Shown piece by piece: positions 48,592-59,510 of a stretch of DNA of 64,000 nucleotides (positions are counted from its first letter, which is position 1; each line of letters starts with the position of its first letter). Under the pieces are notes generated by a model, which saw nothing but the letters and a program-made list of their open reading frames with translations, ran no database searches and was not told the DNA's origin. The stretch is from the IMG/VR virus record IMGVR_UViG_3300044835_000064, positions 1,154 to 65,153 of that record, one strand, 5' to 3'. The position numbers were made by a program, and so were the translations under genes. This DNA comes from a virus. Taxonomy: Duplodnaviria; Caudoviricetes.

Positions 48592-50110
48592 GCCCTGTGT
48601 CCGCGACAACCTTTCTTTGGGTCAAAGTCGTCGCAATCCCCAAACGGAATAAACTCGTTACCGTTCGCCAATTCTTCCAGAAATCCAGCTTTTACCTCAG
48701 CCGGGGACAAGGTTTTACCGTCCTTATCGGTGACGCAATTTCGCCACTCTGAGTCGCGCCAATTCGTAAGTGCGCCGCGAACATTGATGCAAGAGTGAAT
48801 CGTTCGTGATCCAGTTCCGCTCATTTACCCCTCCGCTTCCTTCCCAACCTTTTTGTACCTTTCATCTGCGCTTCTGTGGCTTCGAGAAACAGCTTTGGGA
48901 TAGGGACCTACCTACCGACTGTCTGCTCGTCTCGGATTGCGATAGATTCAACGGCCTCAACTTGCGACCGTGGCGTTGGGTCAACCGATTCAATCCAGTC
49001 TGCGAGGCGTTCTAATGTCCATGTCTTGTCACCCATGACGTGAATGTTGAATATCTGGGCGATTACCGAGACCGCTTGCGCTCGTGGGCCGCATGGGTGA
49101 TAGCGGCCACAATTACACGGATAATCGACCATAACTTCTGCTATCCACGGATAGAGAACCTCGGCGCGGCCATCTTTCCCAGACCACAAGATTCCGTCGC
49201 GAACCTTTACATCTTCCTCGACCAAGCCTAAAGCGCACCGTTGGCCTAGGTGGTTATGGCGAATTCCTTCCGCTAGTTGATAAAACGATGAATTGAGCAA
49301 CATTTTTTCCGCTAATCGCATGGTGTTTCCCCTTTCAAAACTCATTGTCCGTGTCCTCTCTAAAACGCGGTTCCTGCTGTGCTAAAAAGTGTTCACAAAT
49401 ACATATACTCAGCATCCGCAGTCGATAGTGGCGTTTTTGATATGTGACACCCCTTGGCGCTCGTCACTGGAACTCTGCGAGGCTGCTTCAAATGTGTGAA
49501 CCTCATTCGCACCCAGGTTTCCCCGGCAATTATCTTTGGCTCCTTGCCAACGATCACGCATGGATCGTTTTGCGGGTAGGCCCAATAGTTGTAAAACACT
49601 GCGGTCCCTCGCGAAAATTCTGCCGCACTGAATTTCTTCGGCGTGGGCACATCCCCGGCCATCCGCTTCAGCATTCTTTTGGCGACTTCGCCTTCCGCTT
49701 TCGTTCCCGGACGCTCCGCCAACCTCCTGAGCGACTCTACCGTTTTGCGGCGATCTCTCATTTCTCCTCTAATCCACTAAGGTTCAATCCGTCACTGCAC
49801 GATAGAACGCTTCTCCGTTTGTGTAATTCACTTCAGCGCCAACCAGCTTGCACTGAGCAATCCAATCTTCCGCATTTGTTTCCGCGACGATCTGGAATGG
49901 CTGGCCGAGGTCTACGGCACAAACGTCTCGCACGATCTCCCCGATTTTGTAGCGAGTATCGAACCCCGGCTTGATCCCAATCACAACGTACCCGCGCTCA
50001 ACTAGAGCCTTCTGAACCGCAGCAAGCGTCTTTTCCCTGGAGTTCATTTCTCCTCTATCTCACCCCTGTATCCCGAAACGTTCAATTTGCCTCCTGCTCA
50101 CTGATCTCAA

Positions 50111-50746
50111 CTAGAAATCCTTGGTTTTCAGCTTCGTAATTAGTCGATGACCTTTTTTGTCGAACAAGCATTCCACCGGTCGCCCTACCAGTCCTTCCGC
50201 GTCCTTGCCGAGATTTATGGCACACTTCGATTTGAAGCCTTTGCGAACGAACTCAGTAGCATTCTCCAGCGTCATCTCGCCAAACGATGGGACGACTTCA
50301 AGGCCCAGCTTTGCTGCCACGTCGCCCACATTCTCGTAACTTAGCCACCACTTGCCGCCGACCAGCACATCGAAAACGATGAGCTTCTTGATTGGGGAGT
50401 AGTCGCCTCCGCCCTTCTGGATACCTGCGCCGTAGCCCTCGCCATAGATCACAACGTCATTCCCTTCGCCTTCCTCTGCGGGAAACATCTCTTGCAGTTT
50501 CGCGGCTGAGATGTTCTCGTACAGCCACTTGATGAGGTCAGCGTGAATCTGTGCGTTGTCAGTCTTTCCGCCAAAAGTAAGTTTCCCGCCCGACCAGACG
50601 CAACGAATATTGGTTCCATCAACCTTCTCGGTCCAGTGCCACGTCTTGAGCAGGCTATAGGTGCGGTTCTTTAATTCGCCGACGCGAACCTTAAACGTCT
50701 TCTCGTCGCGCTCGTAAAGCGTTTCAATCTTGCCGTACTCGCTCAT
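50111..50746 (-). CDS. RNA ligase family nucleotidyltransferase
   Basis: TEKVDGTN, IYGEGYG, VFDV, EGLV, K.K motifs. Confidence 0.85.
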   Translation of the reverse strand: MSEYGKIETLYERDEKTFKVRVGELKNRTYSLLKTWHWTEKVDGTNIRCVWSGGKLTFGGKTDNAQIHADLIKWLYENISAAKLQEMFPAEEGEGNDVVIYGEGYGAGIQKGGGDYSPIKKLIVFDVLVGGKWWLSYENVGDVAAKLGLEVVPSFGEMTLENATEFVRKGFKSKCAINLGKDAEGLVGRPVECLFDKKGHRLITKLKTKDF

Positions 50747-51350
50747 TTATCCCACCTCCGACTCATTCGTTTGTAGATTCCAAGCTCTTAGAAGTACTTC
50801 AGGAACGTTTCATGGCCACCCGATCGTCTGCTTTGACTCCTCGGCTATAACTTCTGGAGGCTTGTCCGACTCATCAGCCAGGAGTGGAGCTACGATCTTC
50901 AGGCAGGCTATTTTCTGCTGGCAGTCAAGCAACTCGCGACGTTTTTGGGCTAGAACTTGGTTGATGTCTTTCATTGATTCCTCGCCATAACTCGATCTAC
51001 TTTCTCCATAACGCTTTCAAACTTCCTGCTTGGCTCATCTTGACAGCGGAAAATCTCTGCCATCAGTTCAACTCCCCTGCGGCACAATCCGAATCCTGAA
51101 GGCGTAGCGCATCTCGTGCAGCTCTTCCGGTGATTCAGGAATGCGGTATTGATCTCGCCGAGGGTCATGTTTTTCACCCGAGCAAAATGTCCACGATCTC
51201 GATCAGCAAGTCGATCTCTTCCAAGCTGGGTAGCATTCCCGCCTGCCGGGTACGGCGGATGCGTGCCATGAATAAGGCTTGCTCGTCCGTCAGTTTCGAT
51301 GGTTGGAAGGTCGAGAGTTCGTTTCTGGGATCAAGAGTCATTGGTTTATC

Positions 51351-51734
51351 TCACGCAATTCTTTTCGATCCATTCTCCCGATTGCACACTTTGCACCCCA
51401 GTGCCAGGTTCGCCATGGCATCGTCTCTTCTTGCTCCATTCATCCCTTTAGGTTCGATGTGGCAGAGTTCGATCTGGGAGTAATCCAGCTTTCTCAGGTC
51501 CGCGTCACAGTAAAGGCAGTTCAGCTCTCCCTTGGACATCAGGACGTGCTTTCTTCTTCGCAGTTCGGCAGGAGTACAAATCTCCCTATAGCCTCGAGGG
51601 TGGAATTCATCTTCGACTCTTTCGACTGGTCCGGTACGAAAGGCAGCTCGTTTGATCTTTGGGCTGGGGCGACCGCAACAGAAGAAGCTTCCATGTAACG
51701 GGCATTTTTCGTGTTGGCGAAGACGGGAATTCAT
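51351..51734 (-). CDS. HNH-type nuclease (NinG-like)
   Basis: CLYC...HIEP...NL.LGCKVCN..GS. Confidence 0.7.
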   Translation of the reverse strand: MNSRLRQHEKCPLHGSFFCCGRPSPKIKRAAFRTGPVERVEDEFHPRGYREICTPAELRRRKHVLMSKGELNCLYCDADLRKLDYSQIELCHIEPKGMNGARRDDAMANLALGCKVCNRENGSKRIA

Positions 51735-52165
51735 ACGTGCTTTTCCTCGACAATCGGCACGCCATGCTCTTTGACAAAATCAGGGTGCTTGCCTTGCATG
51801 TGGCGACTTAATTGGGAGAAGGTTCGTTTGCAGCATGGGCAGGTTCCAGCAGCGGTTCGCTTCTTCAGGCGCTTCAGATTCTTCTGTGTCTCCTCGTGCA
51901 GTCGTTGTTCTCGGAAGAAGTTTTCTCGCTGGCGATTAGCTTCTTCCGTTTTCGCTGCGACTTCGCGGCGCAGACGTTTCAATTCGGTATCCGTGTAACT
52001 CAGCGAATGCCCGTTCACGCAATAAAAACTGTCTCCATTTTCTTCTTTCTTATCCCGCAACCGTGAAGGCATTGCGTAAACCACGCCGCACACGGGGCAA
52101 AGCATCTCGATCAACACCACACTTTCCGTAAATGTGTGAGTCATTTTCAGTTCATCCCTTTCCAA
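51731..52165 (-). CDS. Zn-finger coiled-coil phage protein
   Basis: CPVCG, FYC.NGH, GTCPCCKRTF..L.RHM..KHP. Confidence 0.7.
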   Translation of the reverse strand: MERDELKMTHTFTESVVLIEMLCPVCGVVYAMPSRLRDKKEENGDSFYCVNGHSLSYTDTELKRLRREVAAKTEEANRQRENFFREQRLHEETQKNLKRLKKRTAAGTCPCCKRTFSQLSRHMQGKHPDFVKEHGVPIVEEKHV

Positions 52166-52400
52166 ATCTCAACTGCTACCACTCCCATACCAAATCCCAC
52201 CAAAGCTAACCAGAGAGCCCAGCGCCATCTCCATCCCCGTACTTGAATGGAGTAAGTCCTGCCTTGAAGTTTCGTCTCGTGCGGCAGAAGGTGCTCAGAG
52301 AGAGTAGGGCAGCCTGAAGCTTTGTGACCGTACAGGAAGCATAGAAGGCACTTGGTTGCAGCGGCTTCTGCTTCGAACAGGAGTTTCTCTTCGGCGAAGG

Positions 52401-53318
52401 TCATGCTGTTTCCTCCGAGAAATCGAATACTTCTTGACTAAGCCGTTTAGCGGCTATCTCTCCCTTGGCGTGAATGATGGCAGGGCGCGCCCATGATCTC
52501 TGAAACTTCTTCCACTCTGGTGCCGGTCGGTGTTTTTCAGCGCTGGGTGTTTCCGGTTGCCAGAGCATGGCGTATGGCGTGAATCCGATGCTTAACATTT
52601 CCCGCAGTCGCGCATCCGCTTTCTCGAAGGTGTCTTGCGGAAAGCCAATGAAGACAAATGTTCGCAGGCGATGCGACGCGGCTGTGAATCCAGCAGCCAG
52701 CATCTTTTTTGCGGCTTCCCTCATAGCCTCAGGCGGACTTTTCTTACATTTGTCGGGATCGTCATAAGCAAAGAAAAATACCGGGCGCGGCTTCAGTCGC
52801 GTGAATCCGTCGATGTGCCAATCTTTGAGCCTCGACGCTTGCAATCCTCCCGTAAATTCCACACATCGCTTCTGCCGGAGAAGCATTTCAATGACGGCTC
52901 GAAAATGATCTTCTGGGCAGGCGAGTAAGTTGTCGTCGAGAATATTCCATCCATCCTGAATTGGGAGTAGGCGGATATTCGGGTCGCGCTTCCACACTGA
53001 GCAGTACCAGCAGCGCTCCGGGCATCCGCGCGAAGTGAACGTATAACCGTGCTTGATGTACTTGCCGGGAACAAACTCATCGCCGCGATCGCCATAAGCT
53101 ACTCCGCCGATTTTTACCGGAGCAATCCGCTTCCACTCTTCCGCTAACTGCTCGGCTCTCAACTTGTCTGCCGTAAAAGTGACATCCACGTGAACCTCGT
53201 CACAGTCGATAGAGAACGGCGGCGGCCCAAAGAATGCAAGATCGTCATCAGGCGTTGCTCTCGTTCGACGCGGAAATACCCGAGCGACCGTTATTCTGTG
53301 TTCGTAATAAGGCTTCAC
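52401..53318 (-). CDS. Radical SAM protein
   Basis: TSRGCPERCWYC (CxxxCxxC), LDDNLL; likely GTG start 53318. Confidence 0.85.
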   Translation of the reverse strand: MKPYYEHRITVARVFPRRTRATPDDDLAFFGPPPFSIDCDEVHVDVTFTADKLRAEQLAEEWKRIAPVKIGGVAYGDRGDEFVPGKYIKHGYTFTSRGCPERCWYCSVWKRDPNIRLLPIQDGWNILDDNLLACPEDHFRAVIEMLLRQKRCVEFTGGLQASRLKDWHIDGFTRLKPRPVFFFAYDDPDKCKKSPPEAMREAAKKMLAAGFTAASHRLRTFVFIGFPQDTFEKADARLREMLSIGFTPYAMLWQPETPSAEKHRPAPEWKKFQRSWARPAIIHAKGEIAAKRLSQEVFDFSEETA

Positions 53319-53560
53319 TATGCTGCCCTCCAATGCCTGTGCCTCTCCTCAAACCCCTCGTGTACCAACTCTTGCCATTCCCACTCCCGAATACTTCTCA
53401 CTAAACTATTTCTGTGTATCCCCAACTCTTTTGCGGCTCTTGACTGGTTGAAGTCGTTTCTCTCGAGAGTCCACCAGACTAGCCATTTTTTAAACTCGGT
53501 CACCGAATACGCGAGGCCCATGCCCCGAGTTATGGTCAGATTGTGGAGAGAGTTTGGCAT
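53318..53560 (-). CDS. Fis-family HTH protein
   Basis: NQSRAAKELGIHRNSL. Confidence 0.85.
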   Translation of the reverse strand: MPNSLHNLTITRGMGLAYSVTEFKKWLVWWTLERNDFNQSRAAKELGIHRNSLVRSIREWEWQELVHEGFEERHRHWRAA

Positions 53561-53573
53561 CGGGACGTTTTTC

Positions 53574-54464
53574 TCAGTTACGCCAATCTCCCGCCAATTC
53601 TTCTGGCTCTTCGTCGAGCAGTTGGGCGACGGGTTGCGGTCCAGCTTTCGCCACTTCTAAACTCGCTTCCAGCGTCTCTTTTATGTCTTCCCGGTTCGAG
53701 GCCCAGACAATGGCTCGGTCGTAGTGAAGTTTCGTTTCCAGTTCTGCAATGGTTTTCACGCCGAAGTTTTGCAGGAGATATTCGCGGCGCTGCTTGACGG
53801 TTTTCCCGTGACGATGACAGAGGGTGTTCCAGGATCGGATGGCACGCTCGCCAATGTAATGACGGTTCTTTTCGTTCAGCGCTTTGGCTTGCTCGACAGT
53901 GAGCGATGGCTTACTGACTTCCTCGGCGAGTTCGGCTTGCGCGCGATCGGCGGCGATCTCGGGATCATCCTCGACGTCCGGAATTAAGAACAGACCACGC
54001 AGGAAGTATTTCAGGGAGCCGGTTTCGGCTTTATAAAGCGCCTTGTCGCGGAAGTCCTGCCCCACTCCGAGGCCGTAGCCGTGGATGGATTCGCGGCCAT
54101 CCGTTACGGTATAGCCGCGCTTGATCTTGAGCTCTACCAATGGCGCATCAAGTACGCCATTCTTTACCGTCCGCGTCTCGAATCGTTGCTCGGAGAGGAT
54201 CTCGGCTTCTTGCGGGATGAGCACCAAATCGCGCTTCGCCATTTCTCCGCGCACAGCTGAGGAAATATCGGCCCACTTCTGATAGCGGTAGCCATCCTCG
54301 GAGTTCCTGCCATTCTTCCCCACGCCTCCAACCGCATCGCAGACTTCGGCCAATTTCGCGGCCAGTGATTTCTCTGGTTTTCGGTTAAGGATGCGATTCC
54401 ACAAACTCCGTGGATTTTCTTTTGCTTGCGGAAAGTCATGTCTCGGTAATAAAGTGGCATTCAT
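53574..54464 (-). CDS. ERF-family ssDNA annealing protein
   Basis: K.G.N...Y.Y....D, G.G.D..DKALYKA.T..LKY.L...F.I...DD. Confidence 0.85.
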   Translation of the reverse strand: MNATLLPRHDFPQAKENPRSLWNRILNRKPEKSLAAKLAEVCDAVGGVGKNGRNSEDGYRYQKWADISSAVRGEMAKRDLVLIPQEAEILSEQRFETRTVKNGVLDAPLVELKIKRGYTVTDGRESIHGYGLGVGQDFRDKALYKAETGSLKYFLRGLFLIPDVEDDPEIAADRAQAELAEEVSKPSLTVEQAKALNEKNRHYIGERAIRSWNTLCHRHGKTVKQRREYLLQNFGVKTIAELETKLHYDRAIVWASNREDIKETLEASLEVAKAGPQPVAQLLDEEPEELAGDWRN

Positions 54465-54488
54465 AGAGTTGCTTTACCTTTCGGATTG

Positions 54489-54527
54489 ACCCGTGCGTTT
54501 TCGGCTTCGCGGCTTAGGCGCACGGGT
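54489..54527. terminator. GC-rich hairpin between early genes
   Basis: ACCCGTGCG...CGCACGGGT. Confidence 0.4.
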
Positions 54528-54550
54528 TGATTTTTTATCCCTTGAAACGT

Positions 54551-55234
54551 TTACATTCTGGTTTCGTATTCCTTTTCGTCCCAGACTTCGATGTAGTAGC
54601 TTTCGTCTTTGAGTGTGGCGCGAAGAAATGGATCAGGCAGTGGGCGCACAAATGTTTGCTTTTCTTCCGCGAGAAATTCCACAGAGAATTGCACGCCGGG
54701 AAGCGCCGTTTTTAATGTGACCGCCTTGGCTAAGACGAACTCAGGCACATTGCCGCGATAGTCATTTAATTTGGCGTCGTACCACGCGCGAACGGTGCGA
54801 TTCCCCTGCCCTTGGTGCGCCCATCCGGCAATCGTGCAGACAATCGAGGCAATGCCGCATACGCCAAACAGGATATTGATCCCGTAGTGCCACTGGGACC
54901 AAACTTCCTTTCCGTCTGGACCACCATTTTCAAGCAGGGCGGTAAAAAATGCGGTGATGAAGAAAATCAGGCAAGCCGTCGCTAGAATTGCGAACTTCGT
55001 CCCTGAGTACATCCCCTCTCGTTGCTTACTCAACTTGTAGGCTTTAACTTTCTCCGTAACCAGCGGCTGAATCTCTAGTTCCCGCAGCTTGTAAAGCAGA
55101 GCATCGGGCAAGGCAATCGCTTGCGCAAGTTTGCTATAGCCAAGTTTTGTTTGCGCATCCTTCGCCAATTGGGAGCGTGCATCAGTTAAGGTCAATGTCT
55201 CAAAGCTGAGGCGTGGAATTGTGGTTGCATTCAT
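54551..55234 (-). CDS. Hypothetical protein with two TM helices
   Basis: Central hydrophobic hairpin. Confidence 0.6.
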   Translation of the reverse strand: MNATTIPRLSFETLTLTDARSQLAKDAQTKLGYSKLAQAIALPDALLYKLRELEIQPLVTEKVKAYKLSKQREGMYSGTKFAILATACLIFFITAFFTALLENGGPDGKEVWSQWHYGINILFGVCGIASIVCTIAGWAHQGQGNRTVRAWYDAKLNDYRGNVPEFVLAKAVTLKTALPGVQFSVEFLAEEKQTFVRPLPDPFLRATLKDESYYIEVWDEKEYETRM

Positions 55235-55806
55235 TTTTTAGTCCCTTGAAAATCTACGGTTGAAGATCCTTAGCCTTAGCCAACACCTTTTCCAATCTCG
55301 GGCATACTTCCAAACCGTGCTGTTTAATTGCGTGCTGGAATTCTTCTTGGAGTTCCCGGTGGCTATCTAATAGGGCTGGGAGATTAGTTTCGCGGTCGAT
55401 AATCGTCGCCGTTGCGATCGGGCCGGGGCCGTGCGCCATTGCAACGAACGGAAGCAATACACGAGCAGCTTTCATGGCTTCTTGTGTTGGTACTGTCATG
55501 CTGCAACCTCTTCCCAAAACCTCGCAGGATTATTCGGGTACAAAACTTTCCCATCTTTCGCGTGATACACAAGCAGGTCTCCGCTATCTGTGATTCGTAC
55601 TTCTCTTTTGTGATCCAAAGCCATTTCAACTAAGAGCAGGGCATCGCCGGTTGTGATCTCGAACTTGTCACTTGGATTGTTCTGGAACCAGACGGCACCA
55701 CGACGAAATGGTGAGTCGGGTTCGTAGACGTAGAGTTTGAACGGGCCGCGCCGCTCTTGGCTGTACTGAAGTTCGGTTAGGGTTTCGATTGGCATCAAAT
55801 TTCCTT

Positions 55807-56136
55807 TCAAGCCACTTCGTCTTGATACGCTGGCTTCAGCGCCTTCTTCGCCTCGCGCACCATCTCCTGCACATCCCAGCGCGTCACCGGCTCTCCGGAT
55901 ACTGACCTTGCCACCAAGCGCGCCGTTTCTTCCGTGACAGGAGTAATCGAGTAGATCGCCGACGGGTTGTACATCTTCGTTAGCTTCCAGCCTTTTTTCT
56001 TGCCGTCTTCGGGAACATCCACGCGAACAAAACTCGCGCCGCCCAATTGAACCTCTGTGACCATCCCCGCCAAACGCTGATGGCCGAATAATTCGAGGAC
56101 CGCCCACTCTTCAAACTTGGTTGCTGACTCTGACAT
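55807..56136 (-). CDS. Conserved phage hypothetical protein
   Basis: WAVLELFGH..LAG.VTE......FVRVDVP; AAGGAG RBS. Confidence 0.7.
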   Translation of the reverse strand: MSESATKFEEWAVLELFGHQRLAGMVTEVQLGGASFVRVDVPEDGKKKGWKLTKMYNPSAIYSITPVTEETARLVARSVSGEPVTRWDVQEMVREAKKALKPAYQDEVA

Positions 56137-56525
56137 TGGCTCTCCTTTCGCCGCTAGTTTCATGCCACCCTCACCTTTTCCATCTTGTCCAACTCCTGCA
56201 TGGCCGCTGCCACAAGGGCCTGATGGAACATCTCTAAAATCTGGAGCCCTACTTTGCATACACCTGGGCCTGATGAGCCGCAGACCTTGCTTGCAGTGCG
56301 CTCGGTGCTGCATGAAGGACTGGTTGATTTCTGTGAGGCTCATGCGTTTCTCCGAAATTGACTGAGAAATCCGCCAAGGAAACAAATGGGCAGCGAGATG
56401 TACCAGAGAAAGTTGTAGTGTGTTTGATAACTTAGTCCGGCAAGTAATCCCCCAAAGTAGGCAAACAGCACACCAATGATTGATATGAACCTCATGCGGC
56501 GTCTGCTTTCTCTCCTGAATTTTCT

Positions 56526-56984
56526 TCAGGCTTCGGAATCGCGTGCCCGCCATCGTGCTCGGCGTACAATCACTCGCTTATCTCCCACCATGGCTTTCGC
56601 CTCTTCGATAGGATCAATCCGCGTGTGCATCTCGGCTCCCATTTCGTAAACTGGCAGAGTTTCCGGAAGATGTGCGGCTAACCGCACTGACTCCACCCAC
56701 TGACTACAAGCAAGATCAACCGAGGGTTTGTTCCCGGCAGCCTTTGCAATCTCGGCGTCCAGTTCTGGCAGCAACCTGACTATGATCTGGCTGTCTTCCA
56801 TGATGTCGGGGAATTGCGTTCGCATCCACGGTGCGCACTCGCGAAAGGCGCGCGGGAGTTGATGTGTGTAAAGATTGTCGCCGGTCAAAAAATTGAGAAT
56901 GTCGTAAATGCCTTCCATGTGCCGGGATGAAACCAATCGTCCGGTTGTAACGCTCAAAACGTCACTGATATGGAACATTTTCAT
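56526..56984 (-). CDS. Conserved phage hypothetical protein
   Basis: DVLSVTTGRLV...LYTHQLPR. Confidence 0.65.
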   Translation of the reverse strand: MKMFHISDVLSVTTGRLVSSRHMEGIYDILNFLTGDNLYTHQLPRAFRECAPWMRTQFPDIMEDSQIIVRLLPELDAEIAKAAGNKPSVDLACSQWVESVRLAAHLPETLPVYEMGAEMHTRIDPIEEAKAMVGDKRVIVRRARWRARDSEA

Positions 56985-57192
56985 CTCTGCCTCCCCACAT
57001 GAACTCTATGCATGTGCTCATTGACTGTTTCGATACTTGGGAACCCTTCTACTGGTTCGCACAGATGGCACCAGGCTCTTGCTGGCTGGCCTTCCAGTGT
57101 TGTGCGCGTCAGGAGTCGGCGTTCGTAGGTTCTGCCAAGTTGCTTGATTGGTGGCCACGATAGGAGTGGAGTGAATTGAGCGCGAAGGATAG

Positions 57193-57588
57193 TCATGCCG
57201 GATGCCTCCATGCGTAACTAACCGTGCTCGGCCCAACTTCCCCTTCTTTCCTTGGATACTTCCCATGCGCCAACTGGTGGCAGGTTCCACAGAGCGGCAC
57301 CAGATTCTCCTTCGCGTTGTTCGTCGGGTTGTCGTCTTTATGGTGACGCTCTTCGGCGTCGGCGCCGCAGCACACGCAGACATCTAGAAACTGGAGAACT
57401 CTTCTGGCTTTTGCTCGCCCTGCATTTTTTCTCTGGTTCGAAAAGTCCCTGTACCCTGTGAACGTTTCGGACGAAGCGCCCGACTGCCGTATTCGCAGCG
57501 CCATCTCGAGCGATTTCACGACGTGGGAAAGCGGCGTCATATCCTGTGATTTTTTTGGTGCAAAACTAATCACCCGAGTACTAGACAT
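57193..57588 (-). CDS. HNH endonuclease
   Basis: CVCCG...HHKDDNPTNN..ENL..LC..CH...H. Confidence 0.8.
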   Translation of the reverse strand: MSSTRVISFAPKKSQDMTPLSHVVKSLEMALRIRQSGASSETFTGYRDFSNQRKNAGRAKARRVLQFLDVCVCCGADAEERHHKDDNPTNNAKENLVPLCGTCHQLAHGKYPRKEGEVGPSTVSYAWRHPA

Positions 57589-58003
57589 GGACCGAAATCT
57601 CCCTTCCGTCTAATGCCGTCTGGCCTTCTTCTTCTGCTGGCTCTACGGAGCGAACCCAATCAACTAATTGCTCAAGGGTCCAAACGGGTTGAATTCGAGG
57701 GGTATCCCTGAACTGGTCATCGAAGACGTGCCAGTCGAACATATGAGCGATGAGCTGCGCCGCGTTGTGAAAGGGTATAATGTCGCGACACAGGCAGCGG
57801 TTCGCGTGCCAAGAATGGAGCGTCCACGGCCAGTGCGCGTAGATCGGTGTGAGGTCAGTTGGGTGCAGGACGGCAATGTTTTCCGCTTTACACGCCATAC
57901 CTAGGGCGCAACCTTGATTCTCTCCACGCCATTCGGTTAAGAGATATCCCGGTTCTGGTTTCACTACCGAACTGCCAAGTAGAATCGCTTCACTTAGTCG
58001 CAT
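57581..58003 (-). CDS. Hypothetical protein, paralog of 48908-49321
   Basis: Shared MRL.E..LL.SS, CALG, WTLE.L.DW..SV.P. Confidence 0.65.
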   Translation of the reverse strand: MRLSEAILLGSSVVKPEPGYLLTEWRGENQGCALGMACKAENIAVLHPTDLTPIYAHWPWTLHSWHANRCLCRDIIPFHNAAQLIAHMFDWHVFDDQFRDTPRIQPVWTLEQLVDWVRSVEPAEEEGQTALDGREISVHV

Positions 58004-58217
58004 GTAGCCTCCTTTTGAATTTCAAAACTCTTCAGCCGAAACACTCCTCAGCACACATCTGGCAGTAGTAATCTCCGGCTACGATTCCAAGATTTTCCGT
58101 GGTCTGGCAGATCGTGCAGCGCGGCACGAGTTTTACTTCTGGACGCTTCGAAAGAGTCGAGAGCGCGTTAGACATGGAAGTTATAACGTCGTCAGTTAAG
58201 CTCACGATTAAATCTCC

Positions 58218-58661
58218 TTAGCCACCAATGCCAATTACGCCCGAGCGTTTTCCGAGCGTCACGTTCTTACGGTGCTTCATGTTTGGGAAGATGGCTGCTT
58301 TTGTGCCCGGCTTCTCTGGCATCTCGCCGTCTGGCGTGGGCAGGAACCACTCAGTTCCGAAGCAAGAGGCCCACACTTTCCCTTCATCGAAGGCATAGGC
58401 GAAGTCGGTTGTCTGGCTGTCATCCCACGGCCAAGGCCAGCCCAAGTCGGGCAAAGTTACGTCGTCGCGATTCTCAAAGAACTGCGAAACTCGTTCGCGG
58501 AATTCCCGTTCGTTTGTCGCGTCGAATAAATGCTTACCTTGTGGGAAATTGGAGTGCGGCGACGTTAGAGATATGCCGCCCGGATAGCCGTCCCATGCGA
58601 TGCTGCCGATCCACTCTGCTTCCTTGCCACGCCCGACGTAAAAATCTGCTCGCGTCGTCAT
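58218..58661 (-). CDS. Conserved phage hypothetical protein
   Basis: MTTRADFYVG...WDGYP. Confidence 0.65.
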   Translation of the reverse strand: MTTRADFYVGRGKEAEWIGSIAWDGYPGGISLTSPHSNFPQGKHLFDATNEREFRERVSQFFENRDDVTLPDLGWPWPWDDSQTTDFAYAFDEGKVWASCFGTEWFLPTPDGEMPEKPGTKAAIFPNMKHRKNVTLGKRSGVIGIGG

Positions 58662-59192
58662 TTCATTTCTCCAATCTGGTTCTCACAAAACTCCATCCAC
58701 AGGTTTGTGGCACACAACGAAGTTGTCCAGGTAGCGATGCAACTCATACTTTGCAATCAGATCCATTGCAGTCGGGCGCACCAGTTCAAAGTTCGATGGA
58801 TCGGCGTGCATGACGGCTTGCGCGAAGCTCATCACAAAGCCGCCGTGCCTTCCCCGGCCTGTAGCGACTTCGACAAAGATGTGATGGATTTCATCGTTGC
58901 TCATAGTCCCTTCCGGAACGTGGAATACACTCCCATGAAAAGCACGAAGCCAGTCATCAGCACGTAGAAGCCGACGATGAATAGAGACTCGGTTAACTGA
59001 AAGACTTCTTGCAGGCACACGAGTGGATTGGTCATAGCGACCTCAATTGGAAGGCGAGTGCGGCAGCCCGTTCGCTCAGTCGCTGCTGCCGCTCGCCTTC
59101 TTCGGTCCGCAGGAATTCAACCTTGGGGGAAGGCGCGGATCGAAAAAGAGAGATGTTGTGGTTTGCAACGAGAAGGGATTGAAAAGAAAGAT

Positions 59193-59237
59193 TGGTAGGC
59201 CCGGCAGGAATCGAACCTGCAACCCTCGGATTAGAAA
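59193..59237 (-). other. attP core candidate: 3' half of tRNA-Arg(TCT)
   Basis: Revcomp TTCTAATCCGAGGGTTGCAGGTTCGATTCCTGCCGGGCCTACCA: anticodon loop, T-arm, CCA; no 5' half; near integrase. Confidence 0.8.
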
Positions 59238-59285
59238 GTCGGCGTCCGTAGTCGATCATCCGTTGCTTTAAAAGGCCGTGGGAAA

Positions 59286-59468
59286 TCACGCACTTACCCC
59301 TTCTTTGGTTGCCAAGGCCCTTAGACCCTGACGAACGATATCGGACATGGATTGAACGCCTAAGTGCTGCTTGAGTGCGGCGAGCAATAGGCGATCTTCA
59401 GGAGTAAAGCGGAAGCCGATCGTTTCCGGCAGTTTTTCTGGTTTCGCTAACTTCTTTTGTGTTGCCAT
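59286..59468 (-). CDS. Ribbon-helix-helix (CopG-like) protein
   Basis: TIGFRFTPED...L......SMSDIVRQGL. Confidence 0.7.
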   Translation of the reverse strand: MATQKKLAKPEKLPETIGFRFTPEDRLLLAALKQHLGVQSMSDIVRQGLRALATKEGVSA

Positions 59469-59510
59469 GCGCTACACTCTAGTGCAGCCATGCGCTACGT
59501 GTCAAGGATT

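Noticed and set aside
59193-59270. Complete tRNA gene
   Set aside because: Only anticodon loop to CCA is present; the upstream sequence gives no D-arm or matching acceptor strand
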